From NCBI GenBank assembly GCA_963813155.1, contig CAWEYG010000002.1, positions 288,001 through 352,000 on the forward strand: a DNA stretch of 64,000 nucleotides. Reading direction: 5' to 3'. Origin of the DNA: an uncultured Acidobacteriota bacterium. Its GTDB lineage: Bacteria > Acidobacteriota > Thermoanaerobaculia > UBA5066 > DATFVB01. Each line of letters starts with the position of its first letter. Positions within the stretch are counted from its first letter, which is position 1. Under the pieces are notes generated by a model. That model had not been told where the DNA came from. It did not search any database and saw nothing but the letters and a program-made list of their open reading frames with translations. A program made the position numbers and the translations under genes. Below are positions 10,772 through 22,395 of this stretch, piece after piece.

Positions 10772-12189
10772 CCCGGCGCCGCTTCGGCCGGTGAGGACGG
10801 CTTTCGCCCGATCGCCAGAAGCGACATCCCGTACGACGGGGGATTCCCGGTCTCGGCCTCGAGGAAAGGCTTGAGAAGAGCGAAGAGTCGGAGCTGGCCC
10901 TTCGGCAGCACGCGGCGCCGGAGAATCCGCGAGTTCAAGTACCAGCCGAAGACCCCGGGCCGGTTCAGGAACCTCACGTCTTCGATCTGAAATCCGGCCT
11001 GTTGCAGTTTGGACTCCAGCTCCGGCCGCGAATATCGGCGAAAGTGGTGCAGCTCCCGATCCAGCGTGCCGTAGAGCCGGGGCATCGCCGGGACGAGCAG
11101 GATCAGCCGGCCGCCCGGCCGCAGGACCTCCTGGATCTGCGAAAGGGTGGTGCGGTCGTCTTCGATGTGCTCGAGGACGTTCGAGCAGATCGTGGTGTCC
11201 AGGCGCTCGCCGAGAAGGTCTTCGATCTCGGGCGGGTCGAGGGGAAACTTGAGCGAGCCGACCCGCACCCCCGGGTGGTCGCGAAACGTGTTGCGCAGGG
11301 TCTCGCACGCGACGGGATCCAGGTCGGTCGCGATCACGCGCTCGCGGTCGGCGAAGTATTTCGTTAAATTTCCGAACCCCGAGCCGATCTCCAGGATCCG
11401 TGCTCCCAGGTGCTCGCGGAAGAATCCATAGAGCCACCGGTTGTAGAAGTCGAGCTTCGCCATCCGCGCGAGAGTGACGTGTCCGACGTTGCGGGGGTCT
11501 TCGACTTCCCGAAAACGGAATTTCAGCATCGTCCAGACGGCCGAGACGGCGTCGCGAAACCCGATCTTCTTTCCCTCCTCGTAGGTCCGGCCGTAATAGG
11601 AAATCGGGACCTCGTACACGCGATAGCCCCGGCGGGCGATTTTCGCGGTGATTTCGGGCTCCATGCCGAAGCGGGGGGATTCGAGGCGGATCGACTGGAT
11701 GACTTCCCGGCGGAAAACCTTGTAACAGGTCTCCATGTCGGTCAGGTTCAGATTTGTGAGCATGTTCGAAAGAAACGTGAGGAACCGGTTGCCGACGGTG
11801 TGCCAGAAATACAGGACTCGCCGCTCTCCTCCGCCGAGAAACCTCGAGCCGTACACGACGTCGGCGCGTCCCGTCTCGATCGGATGGATCAGCCGGGGAT
11901 AGTCGGCCGGGTCGTATTCGAGGTCGGCGTCCTGGATCAGCACGAGATCGCCCTTCGCCTCGAGGAACCCGCGAGCGATCGCCGTTCCCTTCCCGCCGTT
12001 CTGCTCCTGGAAGAAAACGCGCACGCCGTCGCGGCCCTCCAGCTCCTTCAGGATCTCTCGCGTGCCGTCGGTGGACCCGTCGTCGATGATGAGGATCTCC
12101 TTGTCGATCGGGACCGCGACGACGCGCGAGACGATCTCGCGGATCGTCGCCGCTTCGTTGTAAGCCGGGATCACGACGGAGAGCTTCAC
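10744..12189 (-). CDS. Polyprenol-phosphate GT2 glycosyltransferase fused to a class I SAM methyltransferase
   Basis: [32 protein letters not shown], then ILEIGSGFG and NVLEHIEDD; GTG start at 12189. Confidence 0.9.
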   Translation of the reverse strand: MKLSVVIPAYNEAATIREIVSRVVAVPIDKEILIIDDGSTDGTREILKELEGRDGVRVFFQEQNGGKGTAIARGFLEAKGDLVLIQDADLEYDPADYPRLIHPIETGRADVVYGSRFLGGGERRVLYFWHTVGNRFLTFLSNMLTNLNLTDMETCYKVFRREVIQSIRLESPRFGMEPEITAKIARRGYRVYEVPISYYGRTYEEGKKIGFRDAVSAVWTMLKFRFREVEDPRNVGHVTLARMAKLDFYNRWLYGFFREHLGARILEIGSGFGNLTKYFADRERVIATDLDPVACETLRNTFRDHPGVRVGSLKFPLDPPEIEDLLGERLDTTICSNVLEHIEDDRTTLSQIQEVLRPGGRLILLVPAMPRLYGTLDRELHHFRRYSRPELESKLQQAGFQIEDVRFLNRPGVFGWYLNSRILRRRVLPKGQLRLFALLKPFLEAETGNPPSYGMSLLAIGRKPSSPAEAAPGQRSTSRIA

Positions 12190-12219
12190 GCGCGGAGAAT
12201 ATCTCAGAGATAATCGGCC

Positions 12220-14215
12220 ATGCTGTTCGCCGCGCCCCGCCGCGGATTCTGGATCGGCCTGGGCGCCGTCGTTCTCCTCGCCCTCGCCGTGCGGCTGACG
12301 GCCGAGAAGAGCCTGCGGGAGACCGCGCCGGCCCGATTCGTCTCCCCCGATTGCCTCTACCACATGCGCCGGGCTCGATTCGCCGTGGCCCACTTTCCCC
12401 GGATTCTCTTCTTCGACCCGACGATCGACTATCCCTCCGGAGCCGTCTCGATCTGGCCGCCCCTTTTCGATCTCGCGCTCGCGCTTCCGGCACGGGCGCT
12501 CATCGGACCGGCCGCATCGCGCCTCCAGATCGAACGACTCGCTTCCCTGGTTCCCCCGGTTCTCGGGGCGCTCGCCGTCGCCGCGGCGGCTCTCCTCGCC
12601 GGAAGAATCCGGCGGGGCTACGCCCTTCCGGCGGCCGCCTTCGTCGCGCTGTGCGGCGCCCACGTCCAGTACTCGCAATACGGCCACACGGATCAGCACG
12701 TCGCGGAATCTCTCACGAGCCTCGTCGCGATCGCCCTGTTCGTCCGGGCGCGCGAGAAACCCGGCATCGCGCGCGAAGCCCTCGCCGCGGCGGGTCTCGC
12801 CGCCGCCGTGCTGACGTGGCAGGGCGCGATCTGCTGGGCCGCCATGATCGCCGCCGTTCTCGCCTTCGACGCGTTTCGCGCGCGGAGCTCGAGCGTTGCC
12901 CGCGCCGCGGCGATCGTCCTCGGAGGGTCGGCCGCCGTCACGGGCGCGGGCGTCGCATTCTGGCTCGCCGGCGACTCGCTGCCTTTCACGTTCATCTCGT
13001 TCGGCTGGTTTCATCCGGCGTTTCTCCTCGCCCTCGCGACGTGCACGATCGCGATCTCCATCGCCGCGGACGCGCTTCGCCGCAGGGCCGGAAGCCGCGC
13101 GGCCCTGCTCGCAAGGGTGGCGGCCGTTCTCGCCGGTGCCCTTGTTCTGGGCAGCCGCGCGGGCGACCTCCTCCGGGGGCTTCTGGGCGGCATCGGTCAC
13201 GTGACGATCCAAAGCAGCGCGAGAATGGCGAGGGGCGGCTACACCTCCACTCCGCGCGAGTTCCTCCAACAGGTGTTCGAAGCGCGCCCGTTGCTGGCTG
13301 ACGGACTCCGTCTTCCCGTCGACGCTCTCTCGATCGCGTTTTTTCTGATTCCGGTCCCCCTCTTCATCTGGGTTGCCCGCGCCTTGGCGAGGCCCGCGGC
13401 GGGAAATGCACGGGGCCCTGGCGGGATGGGGAAGCTCTGACCCTCTTTCTCGCGCTCGCGCAGCGATTGAACATCTATTACGCCGCGCCGCTCGCCGCGA
13501 TCGCCGCGCTCGAGACGGGCCGCCAGGCGGCGGTGCGGCTCCGGTTCCGCCTCCGTCGCCGCGGGACCAGCCGGAAAGATCTGGCCGGCCGCGGCCGCGG
13601 GTGCGCTCGCGCTGGCCGTCGCGGCGACGCTTCTCCCGGGACTGCGCCGGCAGATCGCAACGCGATACGAGCCCGGAGACGATCTCATCCGGACGCTCGA
13701 CGAGGCGCGCTCCCGGCTCCCGCACGCCGTGGACATCTACGACTCCCGCTTCCTGCCGCCGCGCCGCCCGGTGCCGGAGCTCGCCGGCGCGGAAGCCTTT
13801 CTCGCTCCCTGGTCGCTCGGCCATTTCGTGACCTATTACGCCGAGATGCCCGTCGTCGCGGACAATTTCGGATACGGCTTCACCGACTCGATCCGCTTCT
13901 TCCTCTCGGAGGACGAGGAAGAGGCGGCCGCCCTCGCCCGGTCGCGGCGGGTCCGGTGGATCCTGGCGACGGACCTGCTGCCGAAAATGAACGACTACGC
14001 GAAAGTCGCCGGCCGCGCCCCCTCGGTCGAGCTCACGCCGGCGGGACCGCGGCTGACTCCCGCTTACTTTCGCACCCTGCAGCACCGCCTCTACGACGAG
14101 GACGGAGCGCGGCGCCGAACCCCTCGCGCACTTCCGGCTCGTCTATGCGTCCCGGACCGGCATCCGCCGTTTCGGGCGATTTCTCGCCCAATGGAAGATC
14201 TTCGAATTTCGATGA
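12220..14215 (+). CDS. STT3/AglB-like oligosaccharyltransferase, several frameshifts
   Basis: [21 protein letters not shown]...[47 protein letters not shown] at the WWDYG position, and C-terminal [10 protein letters not shown]...WKIFEFR* with TGA at 14213-14215. Confidence 0.82.
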
Positions 14216-15857
14216 CTCGGAGCGCTTTCAGGGTTACGGGAGCGCGATCGAGCGCGATCCGGAGCTCGCGAATGTCGTCCGGGCTCCGCGCCTCCGAGGC
14301 GAGCTTGCGCAACTCCAGGCGGTGCGGATCGAGCGAGGTAAAGCTCTCGAGCAATCGAGCGCGCAGGACGCGCTCCGAAAACCTGCCCTCCGGCGGCCGG
14401 CCGACGAACAGGAGCGCGAAAAGGAGCGCTCCCCCCGAGACGGCGAGCGCGACTCGAACGGAGTCGCGAAACGCCGGCCAGAGAGCGGCAGCCGCGGCAG
14501 CGAGCGTCACCGCCGCGCCGACCGCCAGGTTCGCGGGCCCCGAACCCAGCAGCGAAGGAGCGATCCATCCCCGGGAAAGCCAGAACGCCGAATAGAAGCG
14601 AAGTCCCGCGTCCGGCTCGTGGGGAAGAAACCAGAACGTCGCGGTGGAGAAGAGGAACAATAGCGCGGAGTAGACCACCGCCGCGGCCGCGATCCAGGTC
14701 CAGAGCCCCGGCGGCTCCCCGGCCTCCCGAGGCTCCCCGAGCGCCGCAAGCGGCCAGAACGCGAGCAGAACCGCCGGAACGAGGTACCGCGAACCGAGCG
14801 CCCATCCTCCATGCCAGTTTTCGTATCCGGTCATGACGACGAAGAAGAGGGCCGACGCCCCGAGACCGACCGCGGCGGCGCGGGAGCGTCCCGCGGGGCG
14901 CATCAGCGCGATCGGAAGCAGCAGCAGGATCGGGGACTCGAACACCAGGCCGCGGCTCTCGGAGAAAAGGTATCGAAGCGCGATACCGGCGTTCGGCGCG
15001 AGAAACCCGAAAAAGGCGTGGGACAGCGTCGTGTGCGCGCGGTACCACTCGTAGCCGTACGACAGTTTCCAGGGGCTGCCGAAGCAGGACGCGTTGTAAA
15101 CGCCGAGAAGAGCCGCGGGAGGAACTCCTCCGGCGGCGAATGCCGCGGCGCGCTTCCAGCTCCTCCGCGCGGCGCCGACGAGCAGGACGGCGACGACGAC
15201 GAAGACGGGGAACTCCGAGATCACGGCCCAGCCCGCGAGCAGGCCCGCGAGCGCCGCGCGCCCGTGCGAGCCCGGCTCCTCGTCGAGAAGCTCGAAGGCG
15301 ATGTAGAGGAGCGCGGCCGACCACGCGTGGGAAAAGAACGAGCGCGCGTAGACGATCAGCGGCGTTCCGAACGCGGCGGCGAAAAGGACGAGCGCCCCGG
15401 TCCGTCCGCCCGGCGAGATTTTTCTCGTTCTTCGCCCGAACAGCGCGAGCGCGATGATCACGGACAGGGAAACCGTCGAGAGCCGAAGCAAATAGAGCAT
15501 CAGCTGCATGTTGGAACGGTCCGCGGGGCCGAGAAAGATCCGGAACAGGAGGTAGAACGGAAGAGCCGCGAAGGAGAGACCGGGAGCTTTGTTGGAATAG
15601 ACATGACCGTTGAAATCCGCCCGGTCTTCGTGGGTCCCGAACTTCGCGAGCTCCTGATCGATCGCGAAAGTCCCGCGATCCGCCATCGACACCACGAGGT
15701 CGAATCGACTAAACTCGTTCGGACTCTGTGAAAACTCGCCGCCCCCGCGGGGCGGAAACAGGTTGACGAAGAAGACCGTGACGAGCAGAAAGGCCCCGAG
15801 CACGACCCGCGAGGCTCGCTCGTCCGCAGTTCCCCTCCAGCGCGTCATGGAGCTCAT
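14091..15857 (-). CDS. Polytopic GT-C-like membrane protein
   Basis: NEFSRFDL...YSNKAPG, RSFFSH and [12 protein letters not shown] motifs; many TM segments; exact 3' end uncertain. Confidence 0.7.
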   Translation of the reverse strand: MSSMTRWRGTADERASRVVLGAFLLVTVFFVNLFPPRGGGEFSQSPNEFSRFDLVVSMADRGTFAIDQELAKFGTHEDRADFNGHVYSNKAPGLSFAALPFYLLFRIFLGPADRSNMQLMLYLLRLSTVSLSVIIALALFGRRTRKISPGGRTGALVLFAAAFGTPLIVYARSFFSHAWSAALLYIAFELLDEEPGSHGRAALAGLLAGWAVISEFPVFVVVAVLLVGAARRSWKRAAAFAAGGVPPAALLGVYNASCFGSPWKLSYGYEWYRAHTTLSHAFFGFLAPNAGIALRYLFSESRGLVFESPILLLLPIALMRPAGRSRAAAVGLGASALFFVVMTGYENWHGGWALGSRYLVPAVLLAFWPLAALGEPREAGEPPGLWTWIAAAAVVYSALLFLFSTATFWFLPHEPDAGLRFYSAFWLSRGWIAPSLLGSGPANLAVGAAVTLAAAAAALWPAFRDSVRVALAVSGGALLFALLFVGRPPEGRFSERVLRARLLESFTSLDPHRLELRKLASEARSPDDIRELRIALDRAPVTLKALRVIEIRRSSIGREIARNGGCRSGTHRRAGSARGVRRRAPSSS

Positions 15858-15875
15858 CTTCTCAAGATTTCGAGC

Positions 15876-16628
15876 ATGACGATACCCGAGACGCCGCGCG
15901 GCCGGAAGGTCGTCGTCGTCATGCCGGCCTACAACGCCGAGCGAACGCTCGAACGCACGCTCGCCGACATTCCGCATGAATGGGTCGACGAGATCATCCT
16001 CGTCGACGACGCCTCTCGCGACGGCACCGTCGCGCTGGCCCGAAAGCTCGGGCTGCGGGTCGTCGTCCACGACCGGAATCGGGGCTACGGCGCGAACCAG
16101 AAAACGTGTTATCGCGAGGCGCTGGCCGCGGGCGCCGACGTCGTCGTGATGATCCACCCCGATCACCAGTACGACCCGCGGGTTCTCCCGGACCTCGTTC
16201 GACCCATCCTCGCGGAGGAATCGGACGCCGTGTTCGGAAGCCGGATGCTCGGCGGTCGAACGCTCGAGGGGGGAATGCCCCGGTGGAAGTACTACGCCAA
16301 CGTTTTCCTGACGGCCTGCGCGAACGTCGCGTTTCTTCGATATTTCACGGAGATCCACAGCGGCCTGCGCGCCTACTCGAGCCGCTACCTTCGCTCCATT
16401 GCGCTCGAGAAAAATTCGAACGATTTCATCTTCGACACCGAGATCATCGCGCAGGGAGTCGCCCGACATATGCGGTTTCGCGAGATTCCGATCGAGACGC
16501 GCTACTTCGACGAGGCCTCGCAGATCAACTTCCGCCGCTCCCTCCGATACGGGCTCTCGATCCTCTGGGTGCTGTTCAAGTTCAAGCTCAACTCCTGGGG
16601 AATCTGGCGAAGCGCGATCTTTCGGTGA
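15876..16628 (+). CDS. DPM1-like GT2 polyprenol-phosphate glycosyltransferase
   Basis: VVMPAYNAE, VDDASRDGT, GYGANQK, HPDHQY and FDTEII. Confidence 0.92.
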   Translation: MTIPETPRGRKVVVVMPAYNAERTLERTLADIPHEWVDEIILVDDASRDGTVALARKLGLRVVVHDRNRGYGANQKTCYREALAAGADVVVMIHPDHQYDPRVLPDLVRPILAEESDAVFGSRMLGGRTLEGGMPRWKYYANVFLTACANVAFLRYFTEIHSGLRAYSSRYLRSIALEKNSNDFIFDTEIIAQGVARHMRFREIPIETRYFDEASQINFRRSLRYGLSILWVLFKFKLNSWGIWRSAIFR

Positions 16629-19027
16629 ACCGCTCGCGCTGGCTCCCGTTTCTGGCGATCGGCGCTTTTCTCTCCCCGCTTCTGCCCGAGCTCGCCGGCG
16701 CCCGGCTGCTCGCGTTTCGGGATGCGTTCATCACGCACTTTCCGATTCAAACCTTCAGCCTCGCGCTGGAGCGTTCGGGCCAGGTTCCTTTTCTCAACCT
16801 CGGCGCCTCCAACGTCGAGCCGCTCCTCGCGAACCCGAATACCGTCACGCTCTACCCGACTCACGTCCTGTTTCACCTGTTCCCCCCCGCCGCCGCGTTC
16901 AACCTGCATCTCCTGCTGCACGTCGTGTGGGCGTTCTTCGGAGCGGCGGCGCTGAGCCGACGGCTCGGTTCGGGAAGGCGCGCGGCGTGGATCGGAGGCG
17001 CGGCGTACGCGTTCTCGGGGCCGTTCCTCTCGTACGGAGCGGCGTTCGCAAATGCCGCGGCCGCGGCCGCCTGGGCTCCGTGGGCGATCTCCGAGGCCCT
17101 GCGCCTCGGCCGCGCGATTCGCGCCGGCCAGGCGGCGCGCTCCGGCAAGGCCGCGCTCGCGGTCGGAATCGCCCTCGGTCTCCAGATCCTCGCGGGCGAA
17201 CCGGCGGTCTCGGCCTGGACCGGCGTCGCCGTCGTGGCCTGCTCCCTCGCCGCCTCCCGGGGCTCGATTCTCCGCCTGGCGGGCGCCGGCCTCGCGGCGG
17301 GCGCGACGGCCGCCGCGCTCGCGGCCCCGCAGGTCCTCTCGACCGCGGCCGCGATCCCGTACTCGTTTCGGGGAGAGCACCTCTTCTCGCGAGCCCAGTT
17401 CGACGCGGCCGCGAACCTGCCGCTTCGGGCGCTCGAATCGCTTTTTCCCCTCGTGTTCGGCGAGCCCCGCCCGCTGATTTCCGGCGCGTTCTGGGGATAC
17501 CGCGCGTTCGATTCTCTGCAGCCCTACCTCTATTCGATGAATTTCGGGCTCGCCGGCGCGATTCTGGTCGTCTCGGCGCTGGCAAGCCGGTCGTTCCGCT
17601 CGTCGCGGACAGTGCTCGCGCTGTTCGCGGCGGCTGCGCTTTTCGGCTTGCTGAGCTTCGGCTTCCGGACGCCGCTGTTCGAGATTCTCTACGCCATGAA
17701 GCCGCTGCGGCACTTCCGGTACCCGGTCAAATTCGCGATTCCGGCGGTGCTGTTCGGATCCGTGCTCGTTTCTCTCGCGACCCGAGAGGCGATCGACGCG
17801 GAAAGAGCTCCGCGGACGCTGCGATACGTCTCGGCCGCAGTGGCGGCGGCGCTGGCCGCGACATTCGGCGCAATCGCCCTCGCACCGCAGATCCTGACTC
17901 GCGTTCTCCAATCGCAGCTTTCCGGGCTTGCCGCGCCTCCCGAGGCGATCCTGTCCGGCGTGGCCCGAACGCTCCGGCGCGATTGCCTCTTCGGGCTCGC
18001 GGCGCTCGTCGTGCTCCTCCTCGCGGCTTCGGCGCAGCGCCGGGCCTGGCGGGCGGGCGGTTTTCTCGCTGCCACCCTGCTCTGTCTCCTTCCGTCCGGA
18101 TCGCGGCTCTTCGTCTCCGTTCCGACGTCCCCATACCTGGCCCGGCCTCCGCTCGCGGACCTCGTCGCCGGCCGAGGCCGGTTATGGGTAGCTCCGATTT
18201 CGGAGTTCGCGGTCGCGAAATTCGGAACGTCGCATCGGTTTCCGAACGACGACGTCTCCGACCTGATCGTCGCCGGCCGCCAGGAGATCTGGCCCCTGAC
18301 CGCGCTTCCGGACGGAGCCGCGTATGCGTTCGACGCCGATCCCGACGGCTCGTACGGGTTTCTGGACCGCGCCATGAGGGAGGCGCTCTCCTCCGCGGGC
18401 GCCGAAGCCCGCAGCCGGATCCTGAGAAACGCGTCCGTGGCCTTCTACCTCTCGGCGAAGCCCGAACCGTTGCCCGGGTACATTCCGTTCGCCCGCCAGC
18501 AGGTCTTCGGACGAACGCTGTTTCTCTTTCAGGCCCTGGATCCCGTTCCGGCCGTCCGATGCGCCGAGCGCGTCTTCTCCCGATCGTCGCTCTCGGGGGC
18601 GATCGAGCTCGTCGAGTCCCCGCGGTTCGATCCGGCCCGCGACGCCATTCTCCGGGGGTCCGACCGCGACCCGCCCGCTGCTTCGGCCGCGGCGCAAGGA
18701 GTCTCGGCGATCCGTCTCAACGCGAGCGGGCTCTCGGCCGAAGTCGACGCTTCCGCCTCGGGAGTCGTCGTGTTCGCGGCGACGTATTTCCGCTACTGGC
18801 GCGCCGCTGTCGACGGAGTTCGCGCGGACGTCGAGATCGCCAACGGCGAGTTCTCCGGCGTCCGCGTCCCGCCGGGACGCCACCGGGTCGAGCTCTTCTA
18901 CGACGCCCGGCCGTTCCTCGCGGGGAGTCTCGGGTCGGCGGCGTTTCTCGCCGTCTCTCTCATCCTCGCCCCGGTGTTCGCGTTTCGAGCGCGGAAGCGA
19001 CGGTCCCTGCCCTCCCCGGCAGCGTGA
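16625..19027 (+). CDS. YfhO-like GT-C membrane glycosyltransferase
   Basis: GTG overlapping the GT2 stop; FRDAFITHFP...PLLANPN, FRYPVKF, YWRAAVDG...ANGEFSGVRVPPGRHRVELFY. Confidence 0.82.
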   Translation: MNRSRWLPFLAIGAFLSPLLPELAGARLLAFRDAFITHFPIQTFSLALERSGQVPFLNLGASNVEPLLANPNTVTLYPTHVLFHLFPPAAAFNLHLLLHVVWAFFGAAALSRRLGSGRRAAWIGGAAYAFSGPFLSYGAAFANAAAAAAWAPWAISEALRLGRAIRAGQAARSGKAALAVGIALGLQILAGEPAVSAWTGVAVVACSLAASRGSILRLAGAGLAAGATAAALAAPQVLSTAAAIPYSFRGEHLFSRAQFDAAANLPLRALESLFPLVFGEPRPLISGAFWGYRAFDSLQPYLYSMNFGLAGAILVVSALASRSFRSSRTVLALFAAAALFGLLSFGFRTPLFEILYAMKPLRHFRYPVKFAIPAVLFGSVLVSLATREAIDAERAPRTLRYVSAAVAAALAATFGAIALAPQILTRVLQSQLSGLAAPPEAILSGVARTLRRDCLFGLAALVVLLLAASAQRRAWRAGGFLAATLLCLLPSGSRLFVSVPTSPYLARPPLADLVAGRGRLWVAPISEFAVAKFGTSHRFPNDDVSDLIVAGRQEIWPLTALPDGAAYAFDADPDGSYGFLDRAMREALSSAGAEARSRILRNASVAFYLSAKPEPLPGYIPFARQQVFGRTLFLFQALDPVPAVRCAERVFSRSSLSGAIELVESPRFDPARDAILRGSDRDPPAASAAAQGVSAIRLNASGLSAEVDASASGVVVFAATYFRYWRAAVDGVRADVEIANGEFSGVRVPPGRHRVELFYDARPFLAGSLGSAAFLAVSLILAPVFAFRARKRRSLPSPAA

Positions 19028-19874
19028 TCCTTCCGATCGGCCGCTCTGGCAAGTCCTCTTTCGAGCGGGCTTCCCGGCCGAAGACCTCGAGCGGAACGAA
19101 GTCCGCGCCTCGTTCGCGCCAGGCGGCGAGCAGCCGGCCGAACCACTCGAGGTAGGGTCCCCCTTCGACCTCCGAGTGGATCGTGTGAACGGCCCCGTCG
19201 CGAGCCAGACCGCCGTAGAACGACAGCAAGGAATCGGCCGAGCGGGAGCGCGGATCGCCGATCGTCTCGTCGAGGGTAGGCAGGGTCGTGGGAATCTCCG
19301 GAATCCCCGATGCGACGCCGCCGAAGACGGGGCGGAATGGCGCGCCCTCCCGCGTGTCGGACGTGTACAGGAGGGGATACGTCTCGCGGACGGCGAGGTA
19401 GTCGTCGGACACGGTCCATCCGGCGCACGCGGACGAAGCGGCCGGCCGTCCGAAGATCGACTTGAAGGTCTCCATCGCCCGCCCGTATTCCCGGGCGATC
19501 CTGTCCGGAGGCCAGCGGGCGAGCCCGTCGTGCCACGAAACGTGGTCCCAGGCATGAACGCCGACTTCGTGCCCCGCCGCGCCCGCCGAACGGATCTGAT
19601 CTCGCGCGAAGCGGGAAATCTCCGGAGCCGGGAGGAGCGTCCCCGAAAGCATCGTGCGCACCGGGTAGAGCGACGGAGCCCGCGAGCGAAGCATTTTCCG
19701 GAGAAAGCCGCGCCGCGTGAACACCCGCAGGGCCGCGCGGCCCGACCGATCCGGCCCCAGGGAAAAGAAGAACGTCGCTCGAATCCGATGCTCGTCGAAC
19801 AGGCGCATCAGCCGCGGCACGCCGTCGCGCGTGCCGATCGCCGTGTCGCAGTCGACCTTCAAAGCGATCCGCAT
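18960..19874 (-). CDS. arnD: Undecaprenyl-phosphate-Ara4FN deformylase (ArnD-like polysaccharide deacetylase)
   Basis: LKVDCDT..GTRDGVP, ATFFFSLGPDRSGR, HEVGVHAWDH, PTTLPTLDE, HTIHSEVEG. Confidence 0.88.
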   Translation of the reverse strand: MRIALKVDCDTAIGTRDGVPRLMRLFDEHRIRATFFFSLGPDRSGRAALRVFTRRGFLRKMLRSRAPSLYPVRTMLSGTLLPAPEISRFARDQIRSAGAAGHEVGVHAWDHVSWHDGLARWPPDRIAREYGRAMETFKSIFGRPAASSACAGWTVSDDYLAVRETYPLLYTSDTREGAPFRPVFGGVASGIPEIPTTLPTLDETIGDPRSRSADSLLSFYGGLARDGAVHTIHSEVEGGPYLEWFGRLLAAWRERGADFVPLEVFGREARSKEDLPERPIGRITLPGRAGTVASALETRTPGRG

Positions 19875-19900
19875 CGTCGAAGGCAGGATATCCTCGCATC

Positions 19901-22175
19901 GTGTTCGGAAAGAAGAAATCGGCGGAGCCGTCGACGATCGGCCGTTACCGGGTCCGCCGCCGAATCGGCGAGGGCGGCATGGGAATCGTCTACGCCGCGG
20001 AAGACGAGCGCCTCGGCCGAAACGTCGCGATCAAGAAGCTGCATCGCGAGAGCCAGGATCCGAGCGCCCGCGAGCGGCTCTGGCGGGAGGCGCGCGCCGC
20101 CGCGAGCGTCAACCACCCCAACATCTGCCAGGTCTACGAGATCGCCGAGGAGGAAGGCGAGCCCTACATCGTCATGGAGCTGCTCGAGGGGGAATCGCTC
20201 GGGACGAGGATGACGGCCGGCGCGCTGCCCCTGGCCGAATCGGTTTCCATCCTCCTGGAGGTTCTCAACGGACTCGAAGCTCTTCACCGCGCGGGCTTCC
20301 TGCACCGCGACCTGAAGCCGTCGAACATTCATCTGACCCGCAACGGCGTGAAGCTCCTCGATTTCGGGCTCGCCCGGCGGCACGCCGGCTCGTCGGACGG
20401 AGCGGGCATCTCGGCCGTCGATCTCACGGCGACCGGAATCCTCGTCGGAACGCCCCGATACATGTCCCCGGAGCAGGCGCGGAGCGAGCCCGTCGGCGCG
20501 CGGAACCGACATTTTCGCCGCCGGCGCGATTCTCTTCGAAATGATCTCCGGAAAGCCCGCCTTCGGCGGACGAACGCCGGTGGAGGTTTTCCAATCGATC
20601 CTGAACGAGCAGCCCCCGGCTCTCGGAGGGTCGCCGACGATCGTCGCCGTCGACCAGGTGATTCGCAGGGCGCTGGCGAAGAAGAGCGCGGATCGCCACC
20701 CGTCCGCCGCCGCGATGGCCGACGCGCTCCGGGCCGCCCTGCTCGCGGAAGAGTCGACACCGTCGAACGTCGTCGTGGCGCGCCCCATGACGCGGCTGAT
20801 CGTGCTTCCGTTCCGAATCCTTCGCAGCGATCCGGAGACCGATTTTCTTTCCTTCAGCCTTCCGGACGCGATCAGCTCCTCGCTCTCCGGCTTGAGCACT
20901 CTCGTCGTCCGTTCGAGCCTGGCCGCGGCGCGCTACGCCGGCGCGCCCGACCTGAAGACGATCGCGGCCGAGATGGACGTCGACGTCGTCCTGACGGGAT
21001 CGCTCCTGAGAGCCGGCGACCGCCTGCGCGTGACCGTGCAGCTCGTGGAAGCGCCGGGAGGCGCAGTCCGATGGTCGCAGACCTCGGAAGTCGCCCTCGA
21101 CGACATCTTCCGGCTGCAGGACGGGATCGTGCGCGAGACGCTGCAGTCCCTCGCGCTGCCGCTGACCTCGCGGGAGCGCAATCTTCTCGGCAACGACATT
21201 CCCGCGACGGCGCGCGCGTACGAGTTCTATCTGCGGGCCAACCAGCTCGCCAACGACACGGCGAACTGGCGGCTGGCGGGCGACCTCTACCGCGAGTGCC
21301 TGCGGGAAGACTCCGACTACGCGCCGGCGTGGGCGCGCCTCGGAAGGATTCTCCGGCTCCTCGCGAAATTCTTTCCCCAGGAGCACGGTCGCCTGCTTCC
21401 GGAAGCCGAGCAGGCGTTCGAACGAGCCCTCGCGCTCAATCCGGACCTTTCCCTCGCGCACAACTACTTTTCGCAGTTCGAGGTGGAAGAGGGCCGGCCG
21501 GCCGACGCGTTGAAGCGGCTTCTGACGAGGGCGGCCCCGGGGAGCAGCGATCCCGAGATCTACACGGGACTCGTGCACGTCCTGCGCTACTGCGGGTTTC
21601 TCGAAGCCTCGGTCGCCGCGGACGCGTGCGCGCGCCGGCTCGACCCGGCCGTGCGGACGAGCGTCGGGTTCACCTACTTCATGCTCGGCGAGAACGAGAA
21701 GGCGCTCTCGTTCGACACCGGCCTCGTTCAGTTTCCCAAGCTCTTCGCTCTCGTCGCCCTCGGCCGAATTCCGGAAGCGCTCGCCGGCTATCGCGAAGTC
21801 GTCGATCGGGTGGACGGCGTCGGCCAATTGCTTTGCCGGACTCAGATCGCGGCGCTGGAGGGAAACCGGGACCTGTGCCGGGAGTTGCTCGCGCAGTCGC
21901 GGGAGGTCTCCTTCCGCGATCCGGAGGGCCGCTATCTCCTCGCGCGAACGTACGCGTTCGTGGGGGAAGAAGAGCCCGCTCTCGAGATTCTGGGCGGCGT
22001 CGTCGACACGGGGTTTTTCTGCGTGCCGGCGTTCATGAAAGACGCCTGGCTCGACCCGGTGCGCGCGAACCCGAAATTCGCGGAGATCGTCCACCGCGCC
22101 GAAGCTCTCCAGCGCGCGGCCGCGGTTGTCTATTCCGAATCGCACGGCGAGCGACTGCTCGGGCCCGCGAGGTAG
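19901..22175 (+). CDS. Ser/Thr protein kinase with TolB-like and TPR domains, frameshifted near 20500
   Basis: IGEGGMGIVY, VAIK, HRDLKPSN, DFGLA, GTPRYMSPEQ; continues in ORF 20541..22175 with VLPFR and TPR-like helices. Confidence 0.9.
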
Positions 22176-22395
22176 GGCCGTGGCTCCGGCCCCTAGATCC
22201 GATCCTTCTTTTCCCGAAGCTTTCAGACTCGAATGCCTGTCCCCTTTTCCCGGGACCCGCGATAGGAAGCGTGGGGGTATGATTTTCGCGATGCTCTTCC
22301 GCCTAACGCAGATCGTCCTAGTCCGACACCCCGGCGGCCCTCTTTCCTCTATCGGGGGACACCCCCTTGCGTCTAATCACATGTTCGGCGGCTAA

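Noticed and set aside
7106-12493. Very long alternative ORFs (1795 aa, 1228 aa and many Arg/Pro-rich ORFs elsewhere)
   Set aside because: Shadow frames of high-GC genes, with no motifs, overlapping well-supported CDSs.
13438-13440. TGA ending the first OST ORF as a possible selenocysteine
   Set aside because: The protein resumes only after a frame change; no redox context and no hairpin.
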